Assembly: GCA_965261595.1 (NCBI GenBank)
Contig: CBDHDG010000002.1
Coordinates: 64,001-128,000, forward strand
DNA: 64,000 nucleotides
Direction of reading: 5' to 3'
DNA from: a bacterium
GTDB taxonomy: Bacteria > UBA8248 > JACPRG01 > G963555815
Numbering within the stretch: the first letter of the stretch is position 1; the number at the start of each line of letters is the position of its first letter. Below are positions 10,095-21,775 of the stretch, one piece after another. The translations under genes were made by a program, and so were the position numbers. A model generated the notes under the pieces. It saw nothing but the letters and a program-made list of their open reading frames with translations, was not told the DNA's origin and searched no databases.

Positions 10095-11498
10095 TCCCCC
10101 GCTCTAGGGTTTTGTTGGACACTCGATTGATCCATGATTCATGGAGAAAGGGGTGTCGCGATGAACGAACAAAAGCAAGAGGGGGCTTTGGCGGAGGGCG
10201 CCCGCAGGGCGAACGGAGCCAAGGCCCCAGGGCATCGCAGTGAGCGGGGTCGGTTCTCCTGCCAGCGCAAGCGGGAGGCGGTCCTGCGTCTTTTGCGGGG
10301 CGAGAGCCTGGAGACGCTCTGCCGCGAGTTGGGCACGACAGCGGCTCGGCTTTCCGCCTGGCGCGAGGCGTTCCTTCGCGGGGGCGAGGCGGCGCTCAAA
10401 GCCCGCCCGGCGGATGAGCGGGACGAGGAGAACGCCCGGCTCAAGGCCAAGGTGGGCGAACTCACGATGGAGGGCGAGGTCCTGCGGGAGAAGATCGACC
10501 GCCTGGAGGCCGGCCGCCCTTTAGCCGGCAGGAGGTGGAGGCGATGAGTCAGGCCCGCTTCACCTCCACGGGCAGAGCCTACGGCCTGAAGCGGGTGTGC
10601 GCCCTTTGGGGCTTGGCGCGCTCCACGGTCTACGCGCAACGGCGGCGAGAGGCGGTCCCCGTTCATGAACGCCCCACGCCCAATAAGCGCGGCCCTGTGG
10701 GCCCGTGCACCGATGCGGAACTCCTCGGCCACATCCGGCAGGTCCTGGAGGACTCTCCCTTCCATGGCGAGGGCTACCGCAAGGTGTGGGCGAGGCTGCG
10801 CTTCGCGGGCATCCGCACCAGCAAGGAGCGGGTGCGTCGCCTGATGCGGGAGGCGGGGCTTCAGGCCCCCCACCGGGTGGGCAAACCCCGAGGTCCCAAG
10901 GCCCACAACGGGACCATCCGCACCGAGCGGCCCGACCGAATGTGGGGCACGGACATGACGACGACGGTGACCACCGAGGAGGGGATGGCCTCGGTGTTCG
11001 TGGCGGTGGATCACTGCTCGGTGGACTGCGTGGGGATCCATGCGGCCAAGAGCGGCAACCGCTTCGAGGCCCTGGAGCCGATCCGGCAGGGGGTCGCCGA
11101 GCGCTTCGCCGGCTTGGAGGCGGATGTCGCCGAGGGGCTTAAAGTTCGTCACGACCACGGCCCCGCCTATCTGTCCGATGACTTTCAGCGGGAGATCGCC
11201 TACCTGGGCATGACCAGTTCGCCCAGCTTCGTGCGGGCGCCCGAGGGAAATGGCTACTGTGAGTGGTTTATCCGCATCTTGAAGGAGAATCTCCTGTGGG
11301 TGCGCTCTTTCGCCACCGTAGAGGAACTGCGGTGGGCGCTGCTTGAGTTCAAGAACCTGTACAACCATCATTGGATTCTCGAGGGCTACGGCTACCGAAC
11401 GCCGGCCCAGGCAAGGCAGGAAAAACTCGCTCAAGTTGCGGAGGCCGCATGAGGTCGAATACCCTCACCCGAGTGTCCAATAACCCAGGGGCGGTCCA
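10095..11498 (+). mobile_element. IS3 type Y copy B, 1404 bp, intact (orfA about 10161-10547, orfB about 10544-11452)
   Basis: Same ends as copy A; 4-bp DR GAAG; ATGA overlap between orfA and orfB. Confidence 0.95.
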
Positions 11499-11503
11499 GA
11501 AGT

Positions 11504-11791
11504 CTATGCGGCGACGATTCGTTCGACTTTGATCTTCTGTTCCAAATCACGCGAGCGGGCAAGGTCGAAGGCCAACTGCATGCTGAGCCACGTCTCGGGG
11601 GTTGAGCCGAACGCCTTCGATAGCCGGTAGGCCATCTCGATCGAAACGGACGCTTTTTCGTTGACCAGATTGGAAAGTGTCTGACGCCCGACGCCGAGCC
11701 GTTTCGCGGCCTCCGAAATCGACAAACCCAAGGGTTTCAGGCAGTCTTCGCGCACGATGGCGCCGGGATGCACGGGGTTTTTCATGGCCAT
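11504..11791 (-). CDS. higA: HigA-family antitoxin (HTH XRE)
   Basis: NPVHPGAIVREDCLKPLGLS...SIEMAYRLSKAFGSTPETWLSMQLAFDL. Confidence 0.92.
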   Translation of the reverse strand: MAMKNPVHPGAIVREDCLKPLGLSISEAAKRLGVGRQTLSNLVNEKASVSIEMAYRLSKAFGSTPETWLSMQLAFDLARSRDLEQKIKVERIVAA

Positions 11792-11802
11792 CTCACGACC
11801 TC

Positions 11803-12081
11803 CTAATGGTAATCGATATAGTCGGCATCCACAGCGTGTCCCTCCTCGAACCGAAACGTCACTCGCCAGTTGGCCGAGACGGAAACCGCGTAGCGACCCT
11901 TCATGCGGCCCTTGAGAGCATGGAGGCGAAAACCTGGAAGGTCCATCCCTTCAGGGCCATCGCTCCGGTCCAAAGCGGTCAGAATGCGCAAGAGTTTCTC
12001 AGCGTGGTCCTGCGCCACTTTCGCAGAGTGTCCACGCTCGTAGAGCTCTTTCAGGCCGCGATGCCGGAACGTCTTGATCAC
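11803..12081 (-). CDS. higB: HigB/RelE-family toxin
   Basis: IKTFRHRGLKELY...PGFRLHALKG...AVSVSANWRVTFRF...DYIDYH; GTG start; lies upstream of the antitoxin. Confidence 0.92.
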   Translation of the reverse strand: MIKTFRHRGLKELYERGHSAKVAQDHAEKLLRILTALDRSDGPEGMDLPGFRLHALKGRMKGRYAVSVSANWRVTFRFEEGHAVDADYIDYH

Positions 12082-12088
12082 TTGCGTG

Positions 12089-12117
12089 ATTGTACGGTGT
12101 CTATCGACAATGGTCAA
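12089..12117 (-). promoter_or_regulatory. higBA sigma70 promoter with an internal operator palindrome
   Basis: TTGACC-17 bp-TACAAT; TGTC-GATA-GACA in the spacer; GTG start 7 nt after the -10. Confidence 0.7.
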
Positions 12118-12630
12118 TGACCGTTGAACGTCAGGAAACTTCCGGTCGAAAGATTTGACAGGTGGGGTCTTGGTTCATGGAACGAACTCGTCGCTCAAAG
12201 GGACGGATGTCTACTGGCGGCTAACGAGGCGTGGTTCAGATAGTCTCGAGCGCATTTCAAAGGACAGGATGGTTCTATAGGCGCGACCACTCCGGGGTTA
12301 AAGATGCTCCTGCCTGGGCGGCAATGTCCGCTACGTATTTTCCGAGCGTCATGACCAGGAAGTGCGGGGAACAACGCAATGGGGAGACGCGAGCGGCCAG
12401 CGGCGGCGTTGTTCAGATGATCCGTTCCCTGTGTGTATCGGCCAAGTGGTGCCTGCCCGTCCGCGCGGTTGGATCAGGATTTGATCCCGCGCCCGGCCAG
12501 GCAGACGGACTCACGAGGCGGGACACCCGGCGTGCCCCACCGTCGCGCAGCTTGCCGGTCCTTACGGGTTAAGTGCTTCCTGTTCTTCCTATCTGCCAGA
12601 CTAACTTTTTGGATCGACAACGGGAACGTG

Positions 12631-14493
12631 TCACGAGGAACGATCTCTCATATTTCTACCATGCAAACTTACGGCGTGACATGCAAAGAATACCTTATTT
12701 TTTCTTTGCTGTTCTCCCCATTCTGGATGGATATCCAGTACCTTCTTTACCTCTGGATAACGCCTGAGTAAGTCGTCTTCGTCATACATCTGGACCGCCC
12801 CTGGGTTATTGGACACTCGGGTGAGGGTATTCGACCTCATGCGGCCTCCGCAACTTGAGCGAGTTTTTCCTGCCTTGCCTGGGCCGGCGTTCGGTAGCCG
12901 TAGCCCTCGAGAATCCAATGATGGTTGTACAGGTTCTTGAACTCAAGCAGCGCCCACCGCAGTTCCTCTACGGTGGCGAAAGAGCGCACCCACAGGAGAT
13001 TCTCCTTCAAGATGCGGATGAACCACTCACAGTAGCCATTTCCCTCGGGCGCCCGCACGAAGCTGGGCGAACTGGTCATGCCCAGGTAGGCGATCTCCCG
13101 CTGAAAGTCATCGGACAGATAGGCGGGGCCGTGGTCGTGACGAACTTTAAGCCCCTCGGCGACGTCCGCCTCCAAGCCGGCGAAGCGCTCGGCGACCCCC
13201 TGCCGGATCGGCTCCAGGGCCTCGAAGCGGTTGCCGCTCTTGGCCGCATGGATCCCCACGCAGTCCACCGAACAGTGATCCACCGCCACGAACACCGAGG
13301 CCATCCCCTCCTCGGTGGTCACCGTCGTCGTCATGTCCGTGCCCCACATTCGGTCGGGCCGCTCGGTGCGGATGGTCCCGTTGTGGGCCTTGGGACCTCG
13401 GGGTTTGCCCACCCGGTGGGGGGCCTGAAGCCCCGCCTCCCGCATCAGGCGACGCACCCGCTCCTTGCTGGTGCGGATGCCCGCGAAGCGCAGCCTCGCC
13501 CACACCTTGCGGTAGCCCTCGCCATGGAAGGGAGAGTCCTCCAGGACCTGCCGGATGTGACCGAGGAGTTCCGCATCGGTGCACGGGCCCACAGGGCCGC
13601 GCTTATTGGGCGTGGGGCGTTCATGAACGGGGACCGCCTCTCGCCGCCGTTGCGCGTAGACCGTGGAGCGCGCCAAGCCCCAAAGGGCGCACACCCGCTT
13701 CAGGCCGTAGGCTCTGCCCGTGGAGGTGAAGCGGGCCTGACTCATCGCCTCCACCTCCTGCCGGCTAAAGGGCGGCCGGCCTCCAGGCGGTCGATCTTCT
13801 CCCGCAGGACCTCGCCCTCCATCGTGAGTTCGCCCACCTTGGCCTTGAGCCGGGCGTTCTCCTCGTCCCGCTCATCCGCCGGGCGGGCTTTGAGCGCCGC
13901 CTCGCCCCCGCGAAGGAACGCCTCGCGCCAGGCGGAAAGCCGAGCCGCTGTCGTGCCCAACTCGCGGCAGAGCGTCTCCAGGCTCTCGCCCCGCAAAAGA
14001 CGCAGGACCGCCTCCCGCTTGCGCTGGCAGGAGAACCGACCCCGCTCACTGCGATGCCCTGGGGCCTTGGCTCCGTTCGCCCTGCGGGCGCCCTCCGCCA
14101 AAGCCCCCTCTTGCTTTTGTTCGTTCATCGCGACACCCCTTTCTCCATGAATCATGGATCAATCGAGTGTCCAACAAAACCCTAGAGCGGGGGACATCCC
14201 TGATACGCGATTCATTGCCGTTGGTGAAGATGACCACAACCTCTTGATATCTTTTTCTTTCCAGCCCGCTTCCCTGATTACGTCGTATGCAATCTTACCG
14301 CTACAGATCACCAACTCGGGATTGAGTATACTAAGCATTTCACGCCATAGATCTGACGATAAACGTTGCAGATCGCTATCCGGATTGGCGTTTTTGTTAG
14401 GGTTGTCTGGATCTCGCTGAGACCATAGAACGGCGTTAGAAACAGCCGTTTCTTTTGCCTCTACTCCAAACGCTGCTTCAATAGCCAATTTAA
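12631..14493 (-). pseudogene. Uracil-DNA-glycosylase-like fold protein, low GC; split by IS3 copy C and 5'-truncated at the IS1380 end
   Basis: Removing the IS and one CATC joins ...NRVSGM-YDEDDLL...; motifs VSNAV, NANP, EMLSILNPELVICSGKIAYDVI. Confidence 0.6.
12791..14194 (-). mobile_element. IS3 type Y copy C, 1404 bp, intact
   Basis: Same ends and ORFs; 4-bp DR CATC. Confidence 0.95.
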
Positions 14494-15964
14494 CCCGCAT
14501 TTCCCATATGGATCATAAGTTTTGTCGGACCGAATGCCGTTTTCTCGTGTAAGATCAAGGTGTTGGCCTCTCCCTGCCATCATCTTGCGAGGGGACCCAA
14601 TGGGTGAAGCGAAGAAGGGGGCTTTGAAGATCCGTTTTGACCGTCGGCTGAGGCTTGAGTTTCACGGAACCAGAATCACTTCGGATGCGGGATTGCTGGC
14701 CTGCCGGGAGCTGGATGATGCGCTGGGTTTGACGGTGAGAGCGCCAGTGCAATTGCAAGAGATCCGTCATGGCCGGAACATCCAGCATGAGTTGGCGCCG
14801 CTATTGCGCCAGTCGGTCTATAGCCGCTTGGCAGGGTATGAAGACACCAACGATGCCGAGCGGTTGGCCCAGGACCCCGCGATGCAAGCCGTGGTCGGCC
14901 GCCGAGCGCTTGAGAAGCAGGCGGCGGGCGCCAACACCCTGAGCCGGTTCGAGACCGAGGTTCTCACCAGGGAGGAGAATCTCAAGGGGCCGGAGCGAGC
15001 TGAACCGGGAGTGGGTGGACCGGGCCATGGCACACTCACCCCATCAGCGAATCATCCTGGACATGGACAGCTCGGAAAGCCCCGTCCATGGGGAGCAGGA
15101 AGGTACGGCCTACAACGGCCACTTTCGTTGCACCTGTTATCACCCTCTTTTTTGCTTTAACCAGTTCGGGGACTGCGAAGGGGCGATGTTGCGCCCCGGC
15201 AACGTGCACAGCGCCGATGGCTGGCGCGAGTTGCTTTCGCCCATCGCGGCCCGGTATGAGCGGGCGGGTGTTCGCCGTTACTGCCGAGCCGATGCCGCCT
15301 TTGCGCGCCCGGAGGTCTATGAGTGCCTGGAAGCGCACAGCTTCCTTTACGCCATCCGCCTTCCCGCCAACGACGTGGTGCAGCGAGAGATCGACTTCCT
15401 CCTCACCCGCCCGGTCGGTCGCCCGCCCAAGAGACCCATCATCTTCTATTACGACTTCCGGTATCAGGCTGGAAGCTGGGACCGTTCCCGGCGGGTCGTG
15501 GCGAAGGTGGAATGGCACTCAGGCGAACTCTTCCCTCGCGTCGGATTCATTGTCACGAACCTGACGGCTCGACCCGAGGGGGTCGTGCACTTCTACAACC
15601 AGCGAGGCACAGCCGAGCAATGGATCAAGGAAGGCAAGTACGCCCTGAACTGGACACGCCTTTCCTGTCACCGGTTCGTGTGCAACCAGGTGCGGCTCCT
15701 TCTCTTCGTCCTGGCGTACAACCTGGGCAATTTCCTGCGCAGGCTAGCCTTGCCCAGGGGGCTCAAGCACTGGTCGCTCCGAAGCCTCCAGGTCAAGCTC
15801 ATCAAAATGGGCGGGAGGATTGTGCGGCACGCCCGGCAGATCATCTTTCAATTGGCCGAAGTAGCGGTGTCCAGGGAAGAGTTCGCCATCATCCTGGACC
15901 GAATCAACCGATTACGGCCGGTGCCGGTCTAACCTTGTGCAGAGGGTTCCCGGCAGCATGAGGT
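14494..15964 (+). mobile_element. IS1380-family element; transposase 14600-15932 frameshifted near 14990; right end missing
   Basis: Left end CCCGCATTTCCCATATG; full motif set including YNQRGTAEQWIKEGK across two frames. Confidence 0.9.
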
Positions 15965-17368
15965 TCCCCCGCTCTAGGGTTTTGTTGGACACTCGATTGA
16001 TCCATGATTCATGGAGAAAGGGGTGTCGCGATGAACGAACAAAAGCAAGAGGGGGCTTTGGCGGAGGGCGCCCGCAGGGCGAACGGAGCCAAGGCCCCAG
16101 GGCATCGCAGTGAGCGGGGTCGGTTCTCCTGCCAGCGCAAGCGGGAGGCGGTCCTGCGTCTTTTGCGGGGCGAGAGCCTGGAGACGCTCTGCCGCGAGTT
16201 GGGCACGACAGCGGCTCGGCTTTCCGCCTGGCGCGAGGCGTTCCTTCGCGGGGGCGAGGCGGCGCTCAAAGCCCGCCCGGCGGATGAGCGGGACGAGGAG
16301 AACGCCCGGCTCAAGGCCAAGGTGGGCGAACTCACGATGGAGGGCGAGGTCCTGCGGGAGAAGATCGACCGCCTGGAGGCCGGCCGCCCTTTAGCCGGCA
16401 GGAGGTGGAGGCGATGAGTCAGGCCCGCTTCACCTCCACGGGCAGAGCCTACGGCCTGAAGCGGGTGTGCGCCCTTTGGGGCTTGGCGCGCTCCACGGTC
16501 TACGCGCAACGGCGGCGAGAGGCGGTCCCCGTTCATGAACGCCCCACGCCCAATAAGCGCGGCCCTGTGGGCCCGTGCACCGATGCGGAACTCCTCGGCC
16601 ACATCCGGCAGGTCCTGGAGGACTCTCCCTTCCATGGCGAGGGCTACCGCAAGGTGTGGGCGAGGCTGCGCTTCGCGGGCATCCGCACCAGCAAGGAGCG
16701 GGTGCGTCGCCTGATGCGGGAGGCGGGGCTTCAGGCCCCCCACCGGGTGGGCAAACCCCGAGGTCCCAAGGCCCACAACGGGACCATCCGCACCGAGCGG
16801 CCCGACCGAATGTGGGGCACGGACATGACGACGACGGTGACCACCGAGGAGGGGATGGCCTCGGTGTTCGTGGCGGTGGATCACTGCTCGGTGGACTGCG
16901 TGGGGATCCATGCGGCCAAGAGCGGCAACCGCTTCGAGGCCCTGGAGCCGATCCGGCAGGGGGTCGCCGAGCGCTTCGCCGGCTTGGAGGCGGATGTCGC
17001 CGAGGGGCTTAAAGTTCGTCACGACCACGGCCCCGCCTATCTGTCCGATGACTTTCAGCGGGAGATCGCCTACCTGGGCATGACCAGTTCGCCCAGCTTC
17101 GTGCGGGCGCCCGAGGGAAATGGCTACTGTGAGTGGTTTATCCGCATCTTGAAGGAGAATCTCCTGTGGGTGCGCTCTTTCGCCACCGTAGAGGAACTGC
17201 GGTGGGCGCTGCTTGAGTTCAAGAACCTGTACAACCATCATTGGATTCTCGAGGGCTACGGCTACCGAACGCCGGCCCAGGCAAGGCAGGAAAAACTCGC
17301 TCAAGTTGCGGAGGCCGCATGAGGTCGAATACCCTCACCCGAGTGTCCAATAACCCAGGGGCGGTCCA
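15965..17368 (+). mobile_element. IS3 type Y copy D, 1404 bp, intact, no target duplication
   Basis: Same ends; flanks AGGT and GGCC differ. Confidence 0.95.
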
Positions 17369-18125
17369 GGCCCATTATCTTCTACCACAGCGTCTCCCCT
17401 ATCAGGCGGCTAGTTGGGAGAAGCCTCGCCGGGTGGTGGTGGCGGTCGAGTGGCACCAGGGCGAGTTGTTTCCAAGAGTCAGCTTCATCGTGACCAACCT
17501 GCACTGGCGGGAAGAGAACGTCGTGAGGTTCTACAACCAGCGTGGGACGGCGGAGCAGTGGATCAAGGAGGGCAAGTACGCCCTGAACTGGACGCGCCTG
17601 TCCTGCCACGGCTTTGAAGAGAACCAGGTTCGCTTGCAACTATTTGCCTTGGCGTACAACCTGGCAAACTTCCTGCGGCGGCTGGCGTTGCCCAGAGCGG
17701 TGAAGCACTGGTCGCTGACGACGTTACGCGAGAAGCTGATTAAGATTGGGGCCAAGGTGGTCACCCACGCCCGGCACACCACCTTCCAGATGGCCGAGGT
17801 GGCCGTGCCGCGTCAACTGTTCAGGGCAATCCTTGAACGAATTCGACGGTTGTGGTTACCGCCTCCCGTACCAGATACCGGATGACGGAGCAGATGGCCC
17901 GGAAGCTTAGTGACGTGGTGGAGACGGGGGATCAGTCTGTGCCGAACTCCCCTGAGTGTGCCGGTAGAGCTGGGTTTTCAAGGGATTGCGGCTTTAGGAC
18001 GGCCGTTGCCCCTCGATTGAGCAGAGGGTTCTGCAAAGAGACCCTGAATCTGTAGTAAAATGGGGTACTTTGATGACACAGGAGGACCGCAGGATGGCTA
18101 AGAGTGGTCATCTGGGAAATCCCGG
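17369..18125 (+). mobile_element. 3' fragment of a different IS1380-family element (transposase C-terminus to 17885, right IR ending 18125)
   Basis: VEWHQGELFPRV, YNQRGTAEQWIKEGK, LREKLIKIGA; CATCTGGGAAATCCCGG is a near reverse complement of the left IR at 14494. Confidence 0.88.
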
Positions 18126-18132
18126 TTTAAAT

Positions 18133-18734
18133 CAAGACAACTCTTGTATTGACCACCCGTTGCTCTTTAACTCAATTAGAGCCCTCTTTACCGGGGCTGT
18201 CAACACCATTTCGGGCGCCTGAAACCCTGATCGGAGCGGTATCCGCCATTGGAAAACCATGTCAGCGCCGGCGTGTAAACGGGCTTGACCACCAGGTTTG
18301 GAGTCTTCGTCATTTTGCCCTTGTGTGGACTCCGCTTAGGGTCGCTAGACAGGCACCGGGCATCATCGCTTGATTCTCTCCAAGATAAGGGCAAATGTCT
18401 TCCTGGATACACCGACCTCGGCCAACTGGAAGGTGATGTGGCGGGCGTACCGCACGAGCCGGCCGCCCATTTTGAGGAGCTTAAGCTGAAGGCCGCGTAA
18501 CGACCAGTGCTTGATCCCTCTCGGCAGGCCAGCAATCCCGCATCCGAAGTCATTCTGGTTCCGTGAAACTCAAGCCTCAGCCGACGCTCAAAACGGACCT
18601 TCAACGCCCACTTTTTCGCTTCACCCATTGGATTACCCCGCGAGAGGATGGCTCGGGGAGGCTCATGCATTGATTTTACTCCAGAAAATGTCCTCCGGTC
18701 CGACAAAAGTTATGATCCATATGGGATATCTGGG
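18133..18734 (-). mobile_element. Internally deleted, non-autonomous IS1380 derivative
   Basis: Left end CCCAGATATCCCATATGG; MGEAKK...SDAGLLACRE jumps directly to C-terminal coding sequence; right boundary approximate. Confidence 0.75.
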
Positions 18735-18795
18735 TATATATGGGTTTCAATGGCATTCAGCGGCGTACTTGCGTTAACGAAGGGAGAAACATGTG

Positions 18796-20947
18796 ATGGG
18801 AATTATCAGGAAAATGTTATTTCCGGCTTTTCTTTTGTGCACTTTGACTTGGCTCCAGCTGTTCAATCACCCAGCGTTGGGCCAGCTTCCCCCCGGCATG
18901 AAACCTTTCGAGACAACCAAGATCGCGGAAGGGGTTTACTCCTTTCGCTTCTTTTTTCACCGTAATATTTTCATCGTCACGGACGACGGTGTGATCGCGA
19001 CGGATCCTTTGAATCCCAAGGCAGCGCCGGCATCCTCATGCGGGAAATCAAAAAGATTACGGACAAGCCTGTGAAGTACCTCGTCTACAGTCACAACCAT
19101 TGGGACCACGTTCTCGGCGGGAAAATATTTCAACAAGCGGGCGCCGGGTGATCAGCCATGAAAATTGCGTCAGGGATTTCAAACGAAACCCCAACCCGGC
19201 GTTGGCCATGCCCGATGGAACGTTCAAAAGGCGGTATGACATCAAGTTGGGCGGGAAGACGTTGGAGCTTCACTATTTTTTTGGCCGCAGTCACGGGAAT
19301 TGCCTGATCGTAATGCGATTGCCGAAGGAAAAGATCCTTTTCACGGTTGACATCGTAGCGCCGAAGCGGGTGGGATTTCGATCCCTGCCGGATTACTATC
19401 CTGTCGATTGGGTGCGGTCCCTCAAAGAAATTGAAAAGCTCGATTTTGGACTTACCCCGGTTTCGTGGAGAGTTAAGCACTTGGGTTTTCAGGGTGTGCG
19501 TTGTTGTCTCCTTTCGTAGTTAACGGGTGACAGGTTGTCGATGGAGGAGTGCCGACGATGCGGGTTGTAGAAGCCCTTGATGAACCCGAACACCTCCATG
19601 CGCGCCTCGGCCCGGGTGCGGAAACTGTGGCGAGCGAGGAGCTCGCACTCCAGCGTGGCGAAAAAGCTCTCACAGAGCGCGTTGTCGTAGCAGTCCCCGA
19701 CCGAACCCATGGAGGGACGCCCGCCCGCCTGCCGGCAGCGCTGCCCAAAGGCGACCGAGGTGTACTGCGTGCCCTGGTCGGAGTGGTGGATGACGGCCCG
19801 GGGACGGCGCTTATACAGCGCCATGTCGAGCGCGTCGAGCACCAACTCGGCCCGCAGGTGTGTGGCCATCGACCACCCCACGATGCGCCGGCTGAACGCA
19901 TCGAGCGCCACGGCCAGATACAAAAACCCCGCCCATGTCGGAACGTAGGTGATGTCGGCCACCCACAGCCGGTCGGGGGCCTCGGCCGTGAAGTTGCGGT
20001 CCACCAGATCAGGGGCCGGCCGCGCCTCCTGCCGGCGCTGCGTCGTGCGCGCTCCCTTGCGCCGACTGACGCCCGCAAGTCCCGCCCCACGCATCAGCCT
20101 GGCGACGCGCTTGCGGCCCACACGCACTCCCTCAGCCTCCAACTCGGCATGGACGCGCGGCACGCCGTAAGTCCCCCGAGAACGCTCGTGGATCGCCTGA
20201 ATGCGTTTGGTGAGCGCCCGATCGGCACACGAGCGGGCACACGGCGCGCGCCTGCGCCACGCGTAGTAGCCGCTGGAGGAGACGCCCAGCACCCGGCACA
20301 TGGTGGCGGTCCGATACATGGCCTGGTTCGCCCTCACGAACCCGTAGATCCGGACGGGATCGAATCGGTATCCCGAGCAAACCAGGCCGCGGCTTTTGCT
20401 AAGATCTCCCGCTCCTGGCGGAGCTGTCGGTTCTCGCGGCGAAGTCGGCGCAACTCCTCCCGCTCATCGCTCGTGAGCCCGTCTTTGCGACGCCCCTCGT
20501 CAACGTCGGCTTGATGGGCCCAGGTGCGGATCGTCTGCGCCGAGGGCTCGAACTCGTGCGCCAGCGCCTCGGGCGTGCGTCCCGCCCGGACCAACTCTAC
20601 CATCTGGCAGCGGAACTCCATTGGATAGCGTGGGTGAGTCTGTGGCATCGTGAACACCTCCTTTACCCCCAAATCATCAGGTGTCCACCAAACCGGGTCA
20701 ACTCCATTTCGACCGTATCGTCCCGGGCCACGGACCTGTTGTTGCGCCTGCGTCCGCCGTCAGGGAGCAACGGGAATTTCTCGAGGATCTCCTTGCCGCC
20801 GTCAAAGACGCCATGATGAAATCGCGAAATTCCAATAAAGTGCGGGAAATGGTCAGGCTTCCCAAGTATGAGAAATGGGCGTTCTACAAAGGGTGGCTCG
20901 GCATGAATGTCGAGCGGATATGGGTTTATTACAGAACGGGTTGGTAA
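18796..20947 (+). pseudogene. Secreted MBL-fold metallo-hydrolase with at least two frameshifts and an IS3 insertion
   Basis: Signal-like N-terminus; SHNHWDH motif in a shifted frame; removing the IS restores KLDFDRIVPGHG. Confidence 0.85.
19447..20706 (-). mobile_element. IS3-family element related to type X, 1260 bp (orfA 20648-20334, orfB 20337-19489)
   Basis: Ends TGGACTTACCCCGGTTTCGTGG and GTGTCCACCAAACCGGGTCAACTCCA; 3-bp DR TTT; WVADITY, HHSDQG, DNALCESFF. Confidence 0.93.
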
Positions 20948-21089
20948 GTCATATATGTGTCCGGTTGTTTACATGAAGTCTGGATTGAACGATGAGTAAA
21001 CTTCGGGGGATTCTGTTAGCGTTCGTCGCGTTTTTGGCGGCCATTGGCATCGGCGGCGCGTTTATCTACTTGTTGGAATCCCGTCGGGA

Positions 21090-21470
21090 TCAGGAAAAAC
21101 GTCTGGTCGTTGGTGAGTTGGCCGCCGCGCAGGCCTGAAGGGCCTTGTCTTTGGTTTCCGCGTCCAAGCGGCCGGTGACGAGGATGACCTGAAGGCGGGG
21201 ATCCCGGGTCTTGATTAGTTTCAGGTAGGTGATTCCGCACTCACCGGGCAACACGGCGTCGAGCAAAATCAAGTCGGGAGGGTCGTTCGACAGGAACGTC
21301 TCGGCCTCGTCCAGGTTCAAGGCGATATCCACATCAAATTGCTCGCCCAACAGGTCCGCCAGAATTTGGTTGGACAGCTCTTCGTCATCGATGATTAAAA
21401 TGCGGGCTTTGGAAGGCTCCCCCACCAATTGTTCTCCCTCCTGAGCCAATGAACCCCCATCATGACCCAA
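21090..21470 (-). CDS. Single-domain response regulator receiver; C-terminus looks degenerate; start uncertain
   Basis: ILIIDDE, PDLILLD, LPGECG, VILVTG; the usual KP motif is not seen. Confidence 0.7.
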   Translation of the reverse strand: MGHDGGSLAQEGEQLVGEPSKARILIIDDEELSNQILADLLGEQFDVDIALNLDEAETFLSNDPPDLILLDAVLPGECGITYLKLIKTRDPRLQVILVTGRLDAETKDKALQACAAANSPTTRRFS

Positions 21471-21775
21471 ATGTGTCGCCAGCCACGCAATGTATCATAC
21501 TTCGGCGCCCGTTGGCTTTTGAATTCCTTTTTCACCTCTGAACCCTTGGGTCGGTGGACCCTTTCCGGAGGAGCGGGCCGGGCGATCGGCCGATGGAATT
21601 CCCCGAGGCGATCCCGGCGGTGGACGCGCTTTGTCAAATGATTATTGTTCCTGTTAATATTCAAAGGGTTGCGGCCGGAGAAGCGTTTTGAGCGGCAAGG
21701 GTGTCCGGGCCGGGTGAAAGTCGGTGCGCTTGCCGGCGGGTTGCGGAAAGCGCCTGGAAGAAAAGGGGATTCGAT

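Noticed and set aside
12130..12630. Integron attC sites around higBA and the UDG-like gene
   Set aside because: Isolated GCTAAC and GTTAAGT cores without a correctly spaced complementary hairpin; no intI.
18126..18300. 5' continuation of the UDG-like gene beyond the TTTAA repeat
   Set aside because: Joining the flanks gives an in-frame TGA, and the sequence looks like the 3' non-coding tail of the deleted IS1380.
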